From a virus (lineage: Duplodnaviria > Caudoviricetes), in IMG/VR virus record IMGVR_UViG_3300045958_000007, positions 8,929-72,928 of that record: a stretch of 64,000 nucleotides of DNA. The stretch is one strand, 5' to 3'. The first letter of the stretch is position 1. Every line of letters begins with the position of its first letter. Positions 18,043 to 26,826 of the stretch are shown one piece after another. Below the pieces are notes generated by a model. The model was not told the origin of the DNA and ran no database searches. It worked only from the letters and a program-made list of their open reading frames with translations. A program made the position numbers and the translations under genes.

Positions 18043-18452
18043 TCGGCTTCGGCGGCCCCCTCGCGGGAAATGACCTCGAGAGACGCGACCGCCGGATGCC
18101 GATCGAGCGCGCCCAGGACCTTCTCGGCATGGCCGGCATAGCGCACCCGGAAGCGCACGGTTATCACCTCGTGGGATGTTTTTCGCAGGATGTATCCGTC
18201 CATCGGCGCGTCGTACAGGACCTCCCAGCCGGGCCGCACCCGGACCACCAGGCCGCAGCCCGCGCCGCCCGACCCGAGGAGCTGGTTGTTGCCCCAGAGG
18301 ATGTATTCGTGGTCCTTGGCGTGGGCGGCCCCGTAGCGCACCGCCTCGAGACCTTCCGGGATTCCGGGGATCTCCGGGGCGGCGGGCGCCGGTGGGACGC
18401 ATCCGGGCTTGCCGCAGTTGGGGGTACGGATCTCAGGCGTGCACCAGCACAT
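18039..18452 (-). CDS. Hypothetical protein, Cys-rich N-terminus
   Basis: Abuts both neighbours. Confidence 0.55.
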   Translation of the reverse strand: MCWCTPEIRTPNCGKPGCVPPAPAAPEIPGIPEGLEAVRYGAAHAKDHEYILWGNNQLLGSGGAGCGLVVRVRPGWEVLYDAPMDGYILRKTSHEVITVRFRVRYAGHAEKVLGALDRHPAVASLEVISREGAAEAE

Positions 18453-18923
18453 TTATGCCGTCGCCTCCACCTTCGCCAGCGCAAACTGCTCCTCGTTGAA
18501 CAGGAGATAGCGTTCGCCATCGAGCATGAGGGCGCAGTCGCCGTTTACCTCGACGCCGTTGCGGCTCGTCGGCCGGCGCGGCACCAGGATTACGTCTCCC
18601 GGCGCGGTGTGCATCGGCACCCGGCTCTCGCCGGTCTGCTCCCACTCCCGCGAGCCGCACGCGCCGCACTCCCCGAACCCCGAGTTGCGGCGGTTCAGCA
18701 GAAACCGCTTTTCGGCGCCGCAGCTCCGGCACTTCCCGTGAATCAGCCGGTCGCCGGGCCCGACCGCCACTACCTCGGCCAGAAAGGTATCCCCGGAATC
18801 GCCCGGCCGGTCCGCCCGAATGGCATCGCAGCGCGGCAGGAACAGTACCGCGGAATAGGTATCGAGCGGCTTTGCCAGAATCATGTCGTCGAGCAGCCGC
18901 AGGCGTTCGATGGTCTTACTCAT
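18453..18923 (-). CDS. groES: GroES/Cpn10-like co-chaperonin with inserted Zn-ribbon
   Basis: LRLLDDMILAK, AEVVAVGPG, PGDVIL and LDGERYLLFNEEQ align to GroES; CRSC...CGAC insertion. Confidence 0.8.
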   Translation of the reverse strand: MSKTIERLRLLDDMILAKPLDTYSAVLFLPRCDAIRADRPGDSGDTFLAEVVAVGPGDRLIHGKCRSCGAEKRFLLNRRNSGFGECGACGSREWEQTGESRVPMHTAPGDVILVPRRPTSRNGVEVNGDCALMLDGERYLLFNEEQFALAKVEATA

Positions 18924-19223
18924 TTACTCATTCGCTCCCCTTGCTTTGGTTGTTCTTGGCGCCGCCACGCGCGAGGCGTACCGGCTATCCCGGAAGTAGC
19001 CGCCGTGGGCGGCGTCCTGGGGCCGCGTGATGGACTCGCGGCGCAGGTGTGGCGGCAGGGCGTTCGCCGCCTCGGCGCCGGCGAGGCGCGGCGGGGCGGC
19101 CTGGATCCGCTCGCCCAGGCGGAGCCCATAGTCCGGGTCGTTCTGCAAATCGCAGGCGTCGGCGGCGGCATCGAGCGACCGATAGAGCGCGCGCAGCGCC
19201 TTGGTGTCGGCGATCGCCTTCAC
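18924..19223 (-). CDS. Hypothetical protein
   Basis: GTGA coupling; operon position. Confidence 0.5.
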   Translation of the reverse strand: MKAIADTKALRALYRSLDAAADACDLQNDPDYGLRLGERIQAAPPRLAGAEAANALPPHLRRESITRPQDAAHGGYFRDSRYASRVAAPRTTKARGANE

Positions 19224-19459
19224 GCGGCCATCGAAGACAGCGAGTGCAGCCGGGCCGGGTTCAGCTTCATCCCCGGATACAGGCGGTGGACCTTGGCGCG
19301 GATCCGCTTCGCTACGGGCTTGCCCGAGGAGCGCGCGAGCGCGTCCTTGGCGTGCTCCTCATCTTCCAGCGGATAGCTGCCGGAACCGGGCGCTTTTTCC
19401 GGGATGCCGAACAGCTTTTTGGGGATTCTCTTGCGCTCCTCGGCGGTGAGCTTCGCCAT
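19220..19459 (-). CDS. Conserved small basic phage protein
   Basis: KLTAEERKRIP...SYPLEDEEHAKDALAR pattern. Confidence 0.65.
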   Translation of the reverse strand: MAKLTAEERKRIPKKLFGIPEKAPGSGSYPLEDEEHAKDALARSSGKPVAKRIRAKVHRLYPGMKLNPARLHSLSSMAA

Positions 19460-19461
19460 GG

Positions 19462-19812
19462 CTATTCCTCTTCGCCTTCGCCTTCGCCTTCGTCCTCGTC
19501 GTCGTCCATGTCGTCGTCGTCGCCGGCGCCGGGCTTGATGCCGTAGCTCTTCGCCACATGGTCGAGCATGTCCTGGCCGTCCTCGTGGGGCGTGCCGTTG
19601 CCGTCCTCGCGGAAGTCCGGGAGGTAGCGGCCGGCCTTGTCCGCCGCGGCCTGCTCGGCGGGAGCCGGCTTGCGGAAGGTGCGGGTGATGAAGGCCTGCC
19701 CGCCGGCGCTGTTCTTGGCCGGGTGGATCTCCATGTGGTGAATCTCGCCCTTCGCGGTGTTGCGCAGCCCGGCGAGGGGCTTGGTCTTGGGAGGTGCTGC
19801 TTTCTTTTGCAT
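19462..19812 (-). CDS. Hypothetical protein, basic N-terminus and acidic tail
   Basis: Start MQKKAAPP; ends DDDDMDDDEDEGEGEGEEE. Confidence 0.6.
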   Translation of the reverse strand: MQKKAAPPKTKPLAGLRNTAKGEIHHMEIHPAKNSAGGQAFITRTFRKPAPAEQAAADKAGRYLPDFREDGNGTPHEDGQDMLDHVAKSYGIKPGAGDDDDMDDDEDEGEGEGEEE

Positions 19813-19846
19813 CGGGTTTACTTGCCTGCGGTCTGGCGCGCTCGCT

Positions 19847-21379
19847 CTAGCCGCGCATCCAGCCGGAACTGCCGTACATCGAGCCGGCGAACTCGTCCAT
19901 CTCGTCGTCGTCGTCGCCACCCTCGGGTTCGGGCGGCGCTACCGGCTGCGCGAAGGTGAGGGCCAGGGCGTCGGCGTCGTCGGGGCTCGCGATGCCGCGC
20001 TCCTTCATGTCTTCCTTGGACTCGATCACCAGCTTGGAAGACTGGTTGATGTGGTAGCCCGGCCCGGTGAGCTGCAGCGCCAGGTCCTCCTCGTCGGGAA
20101 TCGCGCCGCGGAGCAGCCAGTCCTTCATCTGCGCCCACATATAGGCGCGCCAGTTGAATTGGTGGGGGTCCGGGCTCCGGCCCCCGAAATTCACTTCAAA
20201 AACATTGTTGAACCCCAGCGCCTTCAGCCGTTCGTAGATGGCCGCGCCGAATGCCGAGTCGATGAACAGGGCCGCGATCTTGCGGCCCGGCCGCTGGTCC
20301 CGCAGCAGTTCCGCCGCGACTCCGACCAATACGCTGCGGTCGCGTCCCTGCTCGCCGGTAATCCGCACCGGCGCGATCGAGCGGGCATCCAGGCCGCGGC
20401 GAAATCGGATCACGTTCCACGCCGCTCCCCCGCCCGACACGTCGAAGCCCGCGATCAGGGGCTCGTCCTTCAGGGCTTGGGCTGCGCGCTTGCGGGCGTC
20501 GTTCACCCGGCCGTTGTCGATAAACTGGAGCTCGTCGGCCAGGGGCGGCTGGCCGAGCACCCGAACCCGCACGAAATCGCTGTCGATCCCGTACTGCTGG
20601 ATCCACTTCTCGATCAGCGGCTTGTTCGCAAACCGCGAAGTGCGGGAGTCGACGGAGTGCCGGATCCAGTCGTCTTTCTCCGAGCCGAAGCAGACGCGGT
20701 GAAAAGCGCCCGAGTTGCGCACCGGCTGGCCCCAGGCGAACCACATGGGCTCCCCGTCCGTGAGACCGCCCTTGGCCGTCTCCCAGATCGCATCCGGGAC
20801 TTCGGAGGCCTCGTCGAAGAGGTACCAGCTCGTCGAATTCTTGGCGTGCTGGCCGGCGAAGGACTGCGCATTCTCGGCCTTGCAGGTCTGCGCCAGGATC
20901 TTCCAGGTTTCGGGGTCGGTCTTCGCCTTGATCGAATCCGCCCCGATATCGAACCAGCCTCTCACCATCAGGAGCTTCGTCCATCGCCGGATGGCGGCCC
21001 AGGTGCGGCTCTCGAGCTGGGTGTAGGTGCCGGCCGTGACGGTGCCGATCGAATAACGCCGGGTCGAGAGGATCCAATTTGCGATCCACGCGCCCATCGA
21101 AGACTTGCCGGTGCCGTGGCCGGAATTTTCGGCCAACTGGATCGGCATTACGGGGTCGCGGCCGTTGAACCCACGTTTCCGGACTTCCTCGCCGAGATCC
21201 CGGAGAAATCGCGCCTGGTTGTCGTCGGGCCCGGTCTCGTGCTCCAGCTCGCCGGGCTCGCCCCACGGGTACGCCCAAATCACGAACCGCAGGGGATCGT
21301 CGTAGAACCGCCGGCGGATGAACTGGTAATCGTCCTCGCTGAACCGGACTTCAGGCGCTTGGCTTCTTTTCGCTTGCAT
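19847..21379 (-). CDS. terL: Terminase large subunit
   Basis: Walker A SGHGTGKS, Walker B YLFDEASE, nuclease IAGFDVSGGG and SPDDADALALTF. Confidence 0.95.
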   Translation of the reverse strand: MQAKRSQAPEVRFSEDDYQFIRRRFYDDPLRFVIWAYPWGEPGELEHETGPDDNQARFLRDLGEEVRKRGFNGRDPVMPIQLAENSGHGTGKSSMGAWIANWILSTRRYSIGTVTAGTYTQLESRTWAAIRRWTKLLMVRGWFDIGADSIKAKTDPETWKILAQTCKAENAQSFAGQHAKNSTSWYLFDEASEVPDAIWETAKGGLTDGEPMWFAWGQPVRNSGAFHRVCFGSEKDDWIRHSVDSRTSRFANKPLIEKWIQQYGIDSDFVRVRVLGQPPLADELQFIDNGRVNDARKRAAQALKDEPLIAGFDVSGGGAAWNVIRFRRGLDARSIAPVRITGEQGRDRSVLVGVAAELLRDQRPGRKIAALFIDSAFGAAIYERLKALGFNNVFEVNFGGRSPDPHQFNWRAYMWAQMKDWLLRGAIPDEEDLALQLTGPGYHINQSSKLVIESKEDMKERGIASPDDADALALTFAQPVAPPEPEGGDDDDEMDEFAGSMYGSSGWMRG

Positions 21380-21968
21380 CGAACTCGGCGAGCCGTTTCT
21401 CGGCGGCTTCGAGCCTGCGCCCGAGGATTACGGAAAGGTTGATCGTCTGCGTCTGCTGCGGCGCCTTCCACTGCCCGCGCTCGATGGCGGCCTGCTGCAG
21501 GATGGCCCGCATCTCGGCCGACGTCGCGTTGTCGATCGCGTATTCCGGCACGGGCTCCGATACCCGGTTGCCCCGCTCGTCGACGCGGGTCTCCATTTTG
21601 TACGTGACCGTGACGAGGCCGGAATCGCCGCCCGGGACGGCCGCCATACCCTCGCTGTCGCCGCGCTTCTCGATCGCGCGCTTCAGCCGCAGGTAGTGGT
21701 CCTGCAGCTCGCGCATGCGCCAGTCCGGATCCGCCACTCCTTCGGTCCGCGCATCGCGCCTCCAGTCCTCGGCGTACTCCTGGACCTTCTTTTGAAAGGC
21801 CGGATCCGCTTTCCACCGCCGGAGGGTGCGGTCCGTGACCCCGATCTTGGCCGCGATCGCCTCGGAGGTGTCGCGGGCCTCGGCCAGCAGGCGGGCTGCG
21901 TACACCTGCTGCTCGGTGAGCTGCTCGGAGGGCGGCACCGGGGGAGCCGGCGTGTTCGATTCGCTCAC
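21351..21968 (-). CDS. terS: Terminase small subunit-like HTH protein
   Basis: HTH SEAIAAKIGVTDRTLRRWKADPAF; directly upstream of terL. Confidence 0.75.
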   Translation of the reverse strand: MSESNTPAPPVPPSEQLTEQQVYAARLLAEARDTSEAIAAKIGVTDRTLRRWKADPAFQKKVQEYAEDWRRDARTEGVADPDWRMRELQDHYLRLKRAIEKRGDSEGMAAVPGGDSGLVTVTYKMETRVDERGNRVSEPVPEYAIDNATSAEMRAILQQAAIERGQWKAPQQTQTINLSVILGRRLEAAEKRLAEFDASEKKPSA

Positions 21969-22234
21969 GGGAGCCGGGATCTATGGCAGAACGGGCAACT
22001 GCGGTCCTCGCTCGCCCGCCATTGGGCGCGCGTCGAGGTCACTCCGCAGCGGAAGCAGACGATCAGGTCCGCGTCCTCGCCTTCGGGCTGGTCGGAGTCG
22101 CCGCCGTACAGCACCGCCAGGCAGCCGACCTGTACCCATTCGGGGGCGGCCAGGTCGACCAGGAGGCGCAGCCGCGCGCGCGCCTCGCGAACTGAATGAG
22201 TGAGCGGCGGAGCCTTTACTTCGGGCGTCGTCAT
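21965..22234 (-). CDS. Hypothetical Zn-finger protein
   Basis: CFRC...CPFC; coupled to neighbours. Confidence 0.5.
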   Translation of the reverse strand: MTTPEVKAPPLTHSVREARARLRLLVDLAAPEWVQVGCLAVLYGGDSDQPEGEDADLIVCFRCGVTSTRAQWRASEDRSCPFCHRSRLP

Positions 22235-22422
22235 CAGCCCTCGATCGACTCCGGTAGCCGGATGGCGAACGGATTTTCATGGGCGCCCGAGAGATTAACG
22301 GCAACCGCCGGTGCCGGGCGCTTGGGGCAGAAAACGGCGTGCTCGCCGCGGCCAAAGACGCAGGCCTCGCAGGCCGATCCGGTGTCGTTTTTATACGGTC
22401 TCGAAACGATTTCGTGCTTCAT
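22234..22422 (-). CDS. Small Cys/His hypothetical protein
   Basis: MKHEIVSR...CEACVFGRGEHAVFC; ATGA overlap with recombinase stop. Confidence 0.45.
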   Translation of the reverse strand: MKHEIVSRPYKNDTGSACEACVFGRGEHAVFCPKRPAPAVAVNLSGAHENPFAIRLPESIEG

Positions 22423-23048
22423 TTTTCCTTGAGCGCCATCCGTAGGGTGCTCCGCTTGACGCCGAGGTCGCGGGCGATCGCGTTCCAACTCCAGCCCTGC
22501 GCCCGCAGCTCGAGGGCGCGCCCGCGGGGAAAGATCTTGCGCGGGCGTCCGCAGGGGCGATCCTGCTTGGATTTGGAGCGGCGGTCCCGGCCCTCCCCGA
22601 CCCTGCCGGCGGCGTAGTCGCGGCGGTACTGGTCAACGCCCGCCTGGACGCGCTCGATAATCAGGTCGCGCTCGAATTCCGCGAGCACCGCCAGAATGTG
22701 CATCAGCAGCTTCGCCATGGGACTGCGCTTATCGGTGTCGATCCCCTGCGTGGGGGCGATGAAGCGGATCCCGAGGCTATCGAGCTCCTGGACTTTTTCG
22801 ACGAACTCGGCGAAGGAGCGGCCGAAACGGTCGATCTTCCAGACCGCCACCACGTCGAACTTGCGCAGCCGCGCATCCTCGAGCAGCCGCTTTTGCGCCG
22901 GGCGCCGTCCGCCCGCCTTGCCCGAGGCCTTCTCGACGTACTCGATGGTGTCCCAGCCGTGCCGGGCGGCCAGCGCGCGCAGCTCCTGAAGCTGCATCTC
23001 GCAGTGTTGATCCTTGGTCGAGACGCGGGCGTAGAGAGCGGCCGTCAT
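22419..23048 (-). CDS. Small serine recombinase (resolvase/invertase family)
   Basis: YARVST catalytic motif, VWKIDRFGRS, LAEFERDLIIERV, C-terminal HTH. Confidence 0.92.
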   Translation of the reverse strand: MTAALYARVSTKDQHCEMQLQELRALAARHGWDTIEYVEKASGKAGGRRPAQKRLLEDARLRKFDVVAVWKIDRFGRSFAEFVEKVQELDSLGIRFIAPTQGIDTDKRSPMAKLLMHILAVLAEFERDLIIERVQAGVDQYRRDYAAGRVGEGRDRRSKSKQDRPCGRPRKIFPRGRALELRAQGWSWNAIARDLGVKRSTLRMALKEK

Positions 23049-23530
23049 TGGGCTGTTGCTGCTTCAATCACCCATCGGACCTTGGGGCCGACCGGATACC
23101 TCGCGGCCCGCGGCCGTTTGGGGCGGTTCCAGGGCCGGCCTTCGGTCATGCCGTCCGGACGCATGCCGATGGCGCACAGGCTGGATCCGCTTTCCTCGGG
23201 CATCGTATAGGTCACCATGCGGGTGTAGCCGAGCGCCCGCGCCGCGCGCCAGATCGCGCCGTAGAGCATCGAATTGGCGTTCTTGGCGCCGTCCGTGCAG
23301 GTGCGGCTGACTTCGATGGTGCGGCCGTCGCATAGCGCCTTCGCTACCGGATTGCCCGCGATCGCCACCCCGCGCAGACCGCCCCGCGGACCGCAGACGC
23401 CTACCGCAAAGCGATGCGCCTGCCGTCCTCCGTGGTGCCGGTGGTGGCGCTCGACGAAGCGGTTGGCGTCCTTGAGGGATACCGGGACCAGGCGCAGCGC
23501 CTGGGCCGGGCGGCTGGCGGAAGGACTCAT
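23045..23530 (-). CDS. XF1762-family GNAT/Mom-like protein
   Basis: ANRFVERHHRHH, IEVSRTCTDG, NSMLYGAIWRAARALGY motifs. Confidence 0.75.
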   Translation of the reverse strand: MSPSASRPAQALRLVPVSLKDANRFVERHHRHHGGRQAHRFAVGVCGPRGGLRGVAIAGNPVAKALCDGRTIEVSRTCTDGAKNANSMLYGAIWRAARALGYTRMVTYTMPEESGSSLCAIGMRPDGMTEGRPWNRPKRPRAARYPVGPKVRWVIEAATAQ

Positions 23531-24471
23531 GCGGCGCGCTTGGCCTCCGCGAATTTCGCAAGCCGCTCATGGGACATCGCGACGTACTCGGGGTTCAACT
23601 CGATCCCGACGTAGCGGCGTCCGTGCTCGAGCGCGACCAGGCCCGTGGTCGCCGCGCCGTTGAACGGATCCAGCACCACGTCGCCCGGCCGGCTTCCCGC
23701 GAGGAGGCAGGGCTCGACCAGCGCCGGCGGGAAGGTGGCGGAGTGGGCGCCCTTGAACGGCCGCGTATTGATGCTCCAGACCGTGCGGCGGTTGCGGCCG
23801 GAGCCGTCGTCCTCCCACGGAATGCCGGTTCCGAGGTGGTTATTGGGCCGCGTAGGCGTGTCCGTGCCGCGCCCGCGCTCGTACCGCGCTAGCGTGTCTG
23901 CTTTGAGCGGTTCCTTGACCGCCGCGTGGTCGTAGTAGTAGCGCCGGCTCTTGGTGAGCAGGAACAGATACTCATGGCTGCGCGTCGGCCGATCCGTAAC
24001 CGACTCGGGCATCGGGTTGCCTTTCGACCAGATGATGTCGGAGCGCAGATACCACCCGTCCGCCTGGAGGGCGAATGCCACGCGCCACGGAATGCCAACC
24101 AGGTCCTTGGGCTTCAGTCCCTCGATCGGCATCCGGTTCGGCTGGAACGTCGGGATGCCGGCATGGGGATTCTTTGAGTCCGGGTGGGTTTTGCCGGCTT
24201 TGCCGCCGCCCGTCGCATAACAGTCGCCGAGGTTGAGCCAGAGCGTGCCGTCGTCCTTGAGTACTCGCCGCACTTCGCGGAAGACATCGACGAGCCGGGC
24301 GACATACTCCTCGGGGGTCTTTTCGAGCCCGAGCTGCCCGTCGACGCCGTAATTTCTCAACCCCCAGTAGGGGGGCGAGCTGATGCAGGTCTGCACGGAT
24401 GTCCCGCGCATTCCTCGCAACCCGGCCAGGGCATCGCCCGTGAGAATCTCGTATCGCGACCTTCCCCTCAT
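23527..24471 (-). CDS. DNA methyltransferase, beta class, SPPY (likely N4-cytosine)
   Basis: CISSPPYW motif IV, HSATFP, VLDPFNGAATTG motif I, GIELNPEY. Confidence 0.9.
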   Translation of the reverse strand: MRGRSRYEILTGDALAGLRGMRGTSVQTCISSPPYWGLRNYGVDGQLGLEKTPEEYVARLVDVFREVRRVLKDDGTLWLNLGDCYATGGGKAGKTHPDSKNPHAGIPTFQPNRMPIEGLKPKDLVGIPWRVAFALQADGWYLRSDIIWSKGNPMPESVTDRPTRSHEYLFLLTKSRRYYYDHAAVKEPLKADTLARYERGRGTDTPTRPNNHLGTGIPWEDDGSGRNRRTVWSINTRPFKGAHSATFPPALVEPCLLAGSRPGDVVLDPFNGAATTGLVALEHGRRYVGIELNPEYVAMSHERLAKFAEAKRAA

Positions 24472-24716
24472 CTCTCCTGCTCGCATTTCTCTTCCAGCCG
24501 GCGAAACGCCTTCCGCACCTTCTCCCACCGCTTTTGATCGAAGATGCCGGCGTTCAGGGTCTCGGCAAAGCTGTTCCACTGCCTCGTGAAGTCCTGCCAG
24601 AGGGCGTAACCGGCATCGCTTTCGGGCGACTTCTGAGCAATCGCCGCGGCGGGGACGGCCGCCGAGAGCGCCATCGCCCGGAGAAGCCGGCGGCGGGTTT
24701 GGATGGAAAGGCTCAT
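24468..24716 (-). CDS. Small protein with twin-arginine-like leader
   Basis: MSLSIQTRRRLLRAMALSAAVPAAAIAQ followed by helical domain. Confidence 0.55.
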   Translation of the reverse strand: MSLSIQTRRRLLRAMALSAAVPAAAIAQKSPESDAGYALWQDFTRQWNSFAETLNAGIFDQKRWEKVRKAFRRLEEKCEQER

Positions 24717-24807
24717 CGGCGGTTTGTTCGGCATACAACCTCGCGGCGCGGTATGCCAGCGCCTTGTCGGGCGGACTCGGGCTGCAGGGGAGAGCAGCCG
24801 GGTCGGC

Positions 24808-25065
24808 TCAATCAAGCTCATCGAACTGAAGTGTGGTCAGACGGTCCTCGTCGGGCACCCAATGCGCCGGGGTGCTGGGTAAGAGCGGGCTCCGGAGCGG
24901 CTCGCCGAGCGCGCTCCCTCGCGCGATGCTCGGCCGTGCGTAGTAGGCGCGCTCCGCCGCACCGTGGTTGGCGTCGAAGATTTCAGCCCATCGCGCGCAG
25001 TCGCACCGGCGGAGGCCACATGGACAGCCACCATCCAGAGCGGGCGCCAGAGCGGTTGCTGCCAT
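24808..25065 (-). CDS. Small Cys-rich protein, paralogue of 26102..26353
   Basis: CDCARWAEIFDANHG...AYY motif. Confidence 0.55.
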   Translation of the reverse strand: MAATALAPALDGGCPCGLRRCDCARWAEIFDANHGAAERAYYARPSIARGSALGEPLRSPLLPSTPAHWVPDEDRLTTLQFDELD

Positions 25066-25067
25066 AG

Positions 25068-26102
25068 TTATGCCGCGAGGCGGCGCTCCGCGATCGCTAG
25101 ATATGCGGGCTCGCGCTCGATCGCGACAATTTCTTTCCAACCCGCGCGGCGGGCGCCCAGAACCTCGGAGCCCGACCCGGCGAACGGCACCAGCAGCCGG
25201 GCGTCGGGCGAGGGCGGCAGAATCAGGCGCGCCAGATACTCGCACAGCTTCACCGGCTTTACCGTGGGGTGCGTGTTGCCTTCGCCGCGCTCTTTCTTAC
25301 TGGCCTTGGCGCAGTAGAAGAAGCGGCTTGCCCCGCCGGCGTCGTTTTTCCAACCTGGCGGGCATTGGTGGCCGTTGAACTTCCCCCAGGTGTTGCGTGT
25401 CTTGTCGGCATGCCGCCGATCCGGAAAGCCGCCGGAGTGCAGGGTGCCGGTCTGCGCGTCCAGCTCGGCCGCAGATTGGGGATCCAGGATGACGTTCGCC
25501 GGCCAGCGGCCGGAGTCGTGCCGCGCGCTGCGGTATTCCTGCCGGCCCGGCGAGTCAATGAACCCTGGTTTGCAGTTGCGGTTACTGCTGCCCCACACCC
25601 CGTTTCCCTTCGGCCCGGGGATGCGGCAGGTGTTGATTGCGAGCGGTCGCTTTTTGCCCGGCTTCCACGCCAGCGTAATCGGCTCCCATGCGGGTTTCAG
25701 GTTGCCGCCCTTGGGAAACCCCTGCCCGTAGAGCCAGCAGAGCGTATCGCCGATCAGGAAACCCGCGTCCTCTAGCGCGCAGGCCAGGCGGTGAAAGGTC
25801 CGCGGTCCGCCGAAGGCCAGCAGCGGCGCGCCGGGCTTGAGCACGCGGAGAACCTTGGCCCAAACCTCCGGGCCCGGTACGCGATCATCCCACCTCATGC
25901 CCATGAACCCGCCGGGACCGTTGCCGGCGCCGATCCGCGCACGCCCTGCCGGATGCCGCAGATTGATCGAACGAACCCCGCTGCCACCTTGCTTATTCGC
26001 CGTGAGGCCATACGGCGGATCGCAGAGGCAGGCATCAAATGATCCCGCCGGCATCGCGCGCAACGCCTCGGCCACCTCGCCCGCTACAATCCTGGTGCTC
26101 AT
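25068..26102 (-). CDS. DNA methyltransferase, beta class, DPPY (likely N6-adenine)
   Basis: CDPPYG, HPTVKPVKLCEYL and LLVPFAGSGS motifs. Confidence 0.9.
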   Translation of the reverse strand: MSTRIVAGEVAEALRAMPAGSFDACLCDPPYGLTANKQGGSGVRSINLRHPAGRARIGAGNGPGGFMGMRWDDRVPGPEVWAKVLRVLKPGAPLLAFGGPRTFHRLACALEDAGFLIGDTLCWLYGQGFPKGGNLKPAWEPITLAWKPGKKRPLAINTCRIPGPKGNGVWGSSNRNCKPGFIDSPGRQEYRSARHDSGRWPANVILDPQSAAELDAQTGTLHSGGFPDRRHADKTRNTWGKFNGHQCPPGWKNDAGGASRFFYCAKASKKERGEGNTHPTVKPVKLCEYLARLILPPSPDARLLVPFAGSGSEVLGARRAGWKEIVAIEREPAYLAIAERRLAA

Positions 26103-26353
26103 CAATCACTCCCCCGGCCGAGCGACGATAGCGGCGACTGCGGATGGATCGCGCGCGGGCTGTAGTAATCCCGCATGGTCTCCCCGTGGTTGCGCTCGAA
26201 AATCTCGTCCCATTTCGCGCACTCGCATCGCTCCCGGCGCCCGCACCACTGGCACCGCGGCGCCGTCTTGTCCTCTTGCGTGGCGGCGCGCTCGTAGTTC
26301 GCGCGCCGGTGGCAGTTGCGGCAGATCCCGCAGGAACACCGGGGAACCTTCAC
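26102..26353 (-). CDS. Small Cys-rich protein
   Basis: GTG start by GTGA overlap; CSCGICRNC and CECAKWDEIFERNHG...DYY. Confidence 0.55.
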   Translation of the reverse strand: MKVPRCSCGICRNCHRRANYERAATQEDKTAPRCQWCGRRERCECAKWDEIFERNHGETMRDYYSPRAIHPQSPLSSLGRGSD

Positions 26354-26826
26354 CGGGGCCGTCGTCTCCGCTTTGGGCGATGGCGGCAGCTCCGGCGCTG
26401 CGCGCCCATAGCGGCAGCCGCCGGCTTTTCGTTGGCCTCCGCCGGAGCGGCCGGTGCGGTCTCGCGGGCCGCGCTCGCCAGGCTCACGGCCACGGGCAGC
26501 AGGTAGCGCCGCGCAAACTGGTCCAGTTCGAGCCCGAGCTCGGCGACCGGCAATTGAAAGTCGACGTAGATCGGACTCTTGCGCCCCACCGGGAAGATGA
26601 CTGCCGCGAACGCCACCAGGTCGTTCTTTTCCCCGGCGCCGTAGACCCATTCGAGGTGGAGCGCCGCCTTCTTCGCGTGGTCGATCGCGCTGGCGTAGCC
26701 GCCGATTTCGAGGTCGCGTTCGCCGGTGCCGGGGCTGTACATCTCGGGCGTCCGGCCGCCGTCCTTCTCGAATTCCGCCTCGAGGAGCCGCAGACACTCG
26801 AATGCGATGTGCGCGCCTTTCAGCAT
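26350..26826 (-). CDS. Hypothetical protein
   Basis: Start MLKGAHIA; coupled on both sides. Confidence 0.55.
   Translation of the reverse strand: MLKGAHIAFECLRLLEAEFEKDGGRTPEMYSPGTGERDLEIGGYASAIDHAKKAALHLEWVYGAGEKNDLVAFAAVIFPVGRKSPIYVDFQLPVAELGLELDQFARRYLLPVAVSLASAARETAPAAPAEANEKPAAAAMGAQRRSCRHRPKRRRRPR

Noticed and set aside
19757-21442. 561 aa plus-strand ORF
   Set aside because: Antisense to terL; shadow ORF
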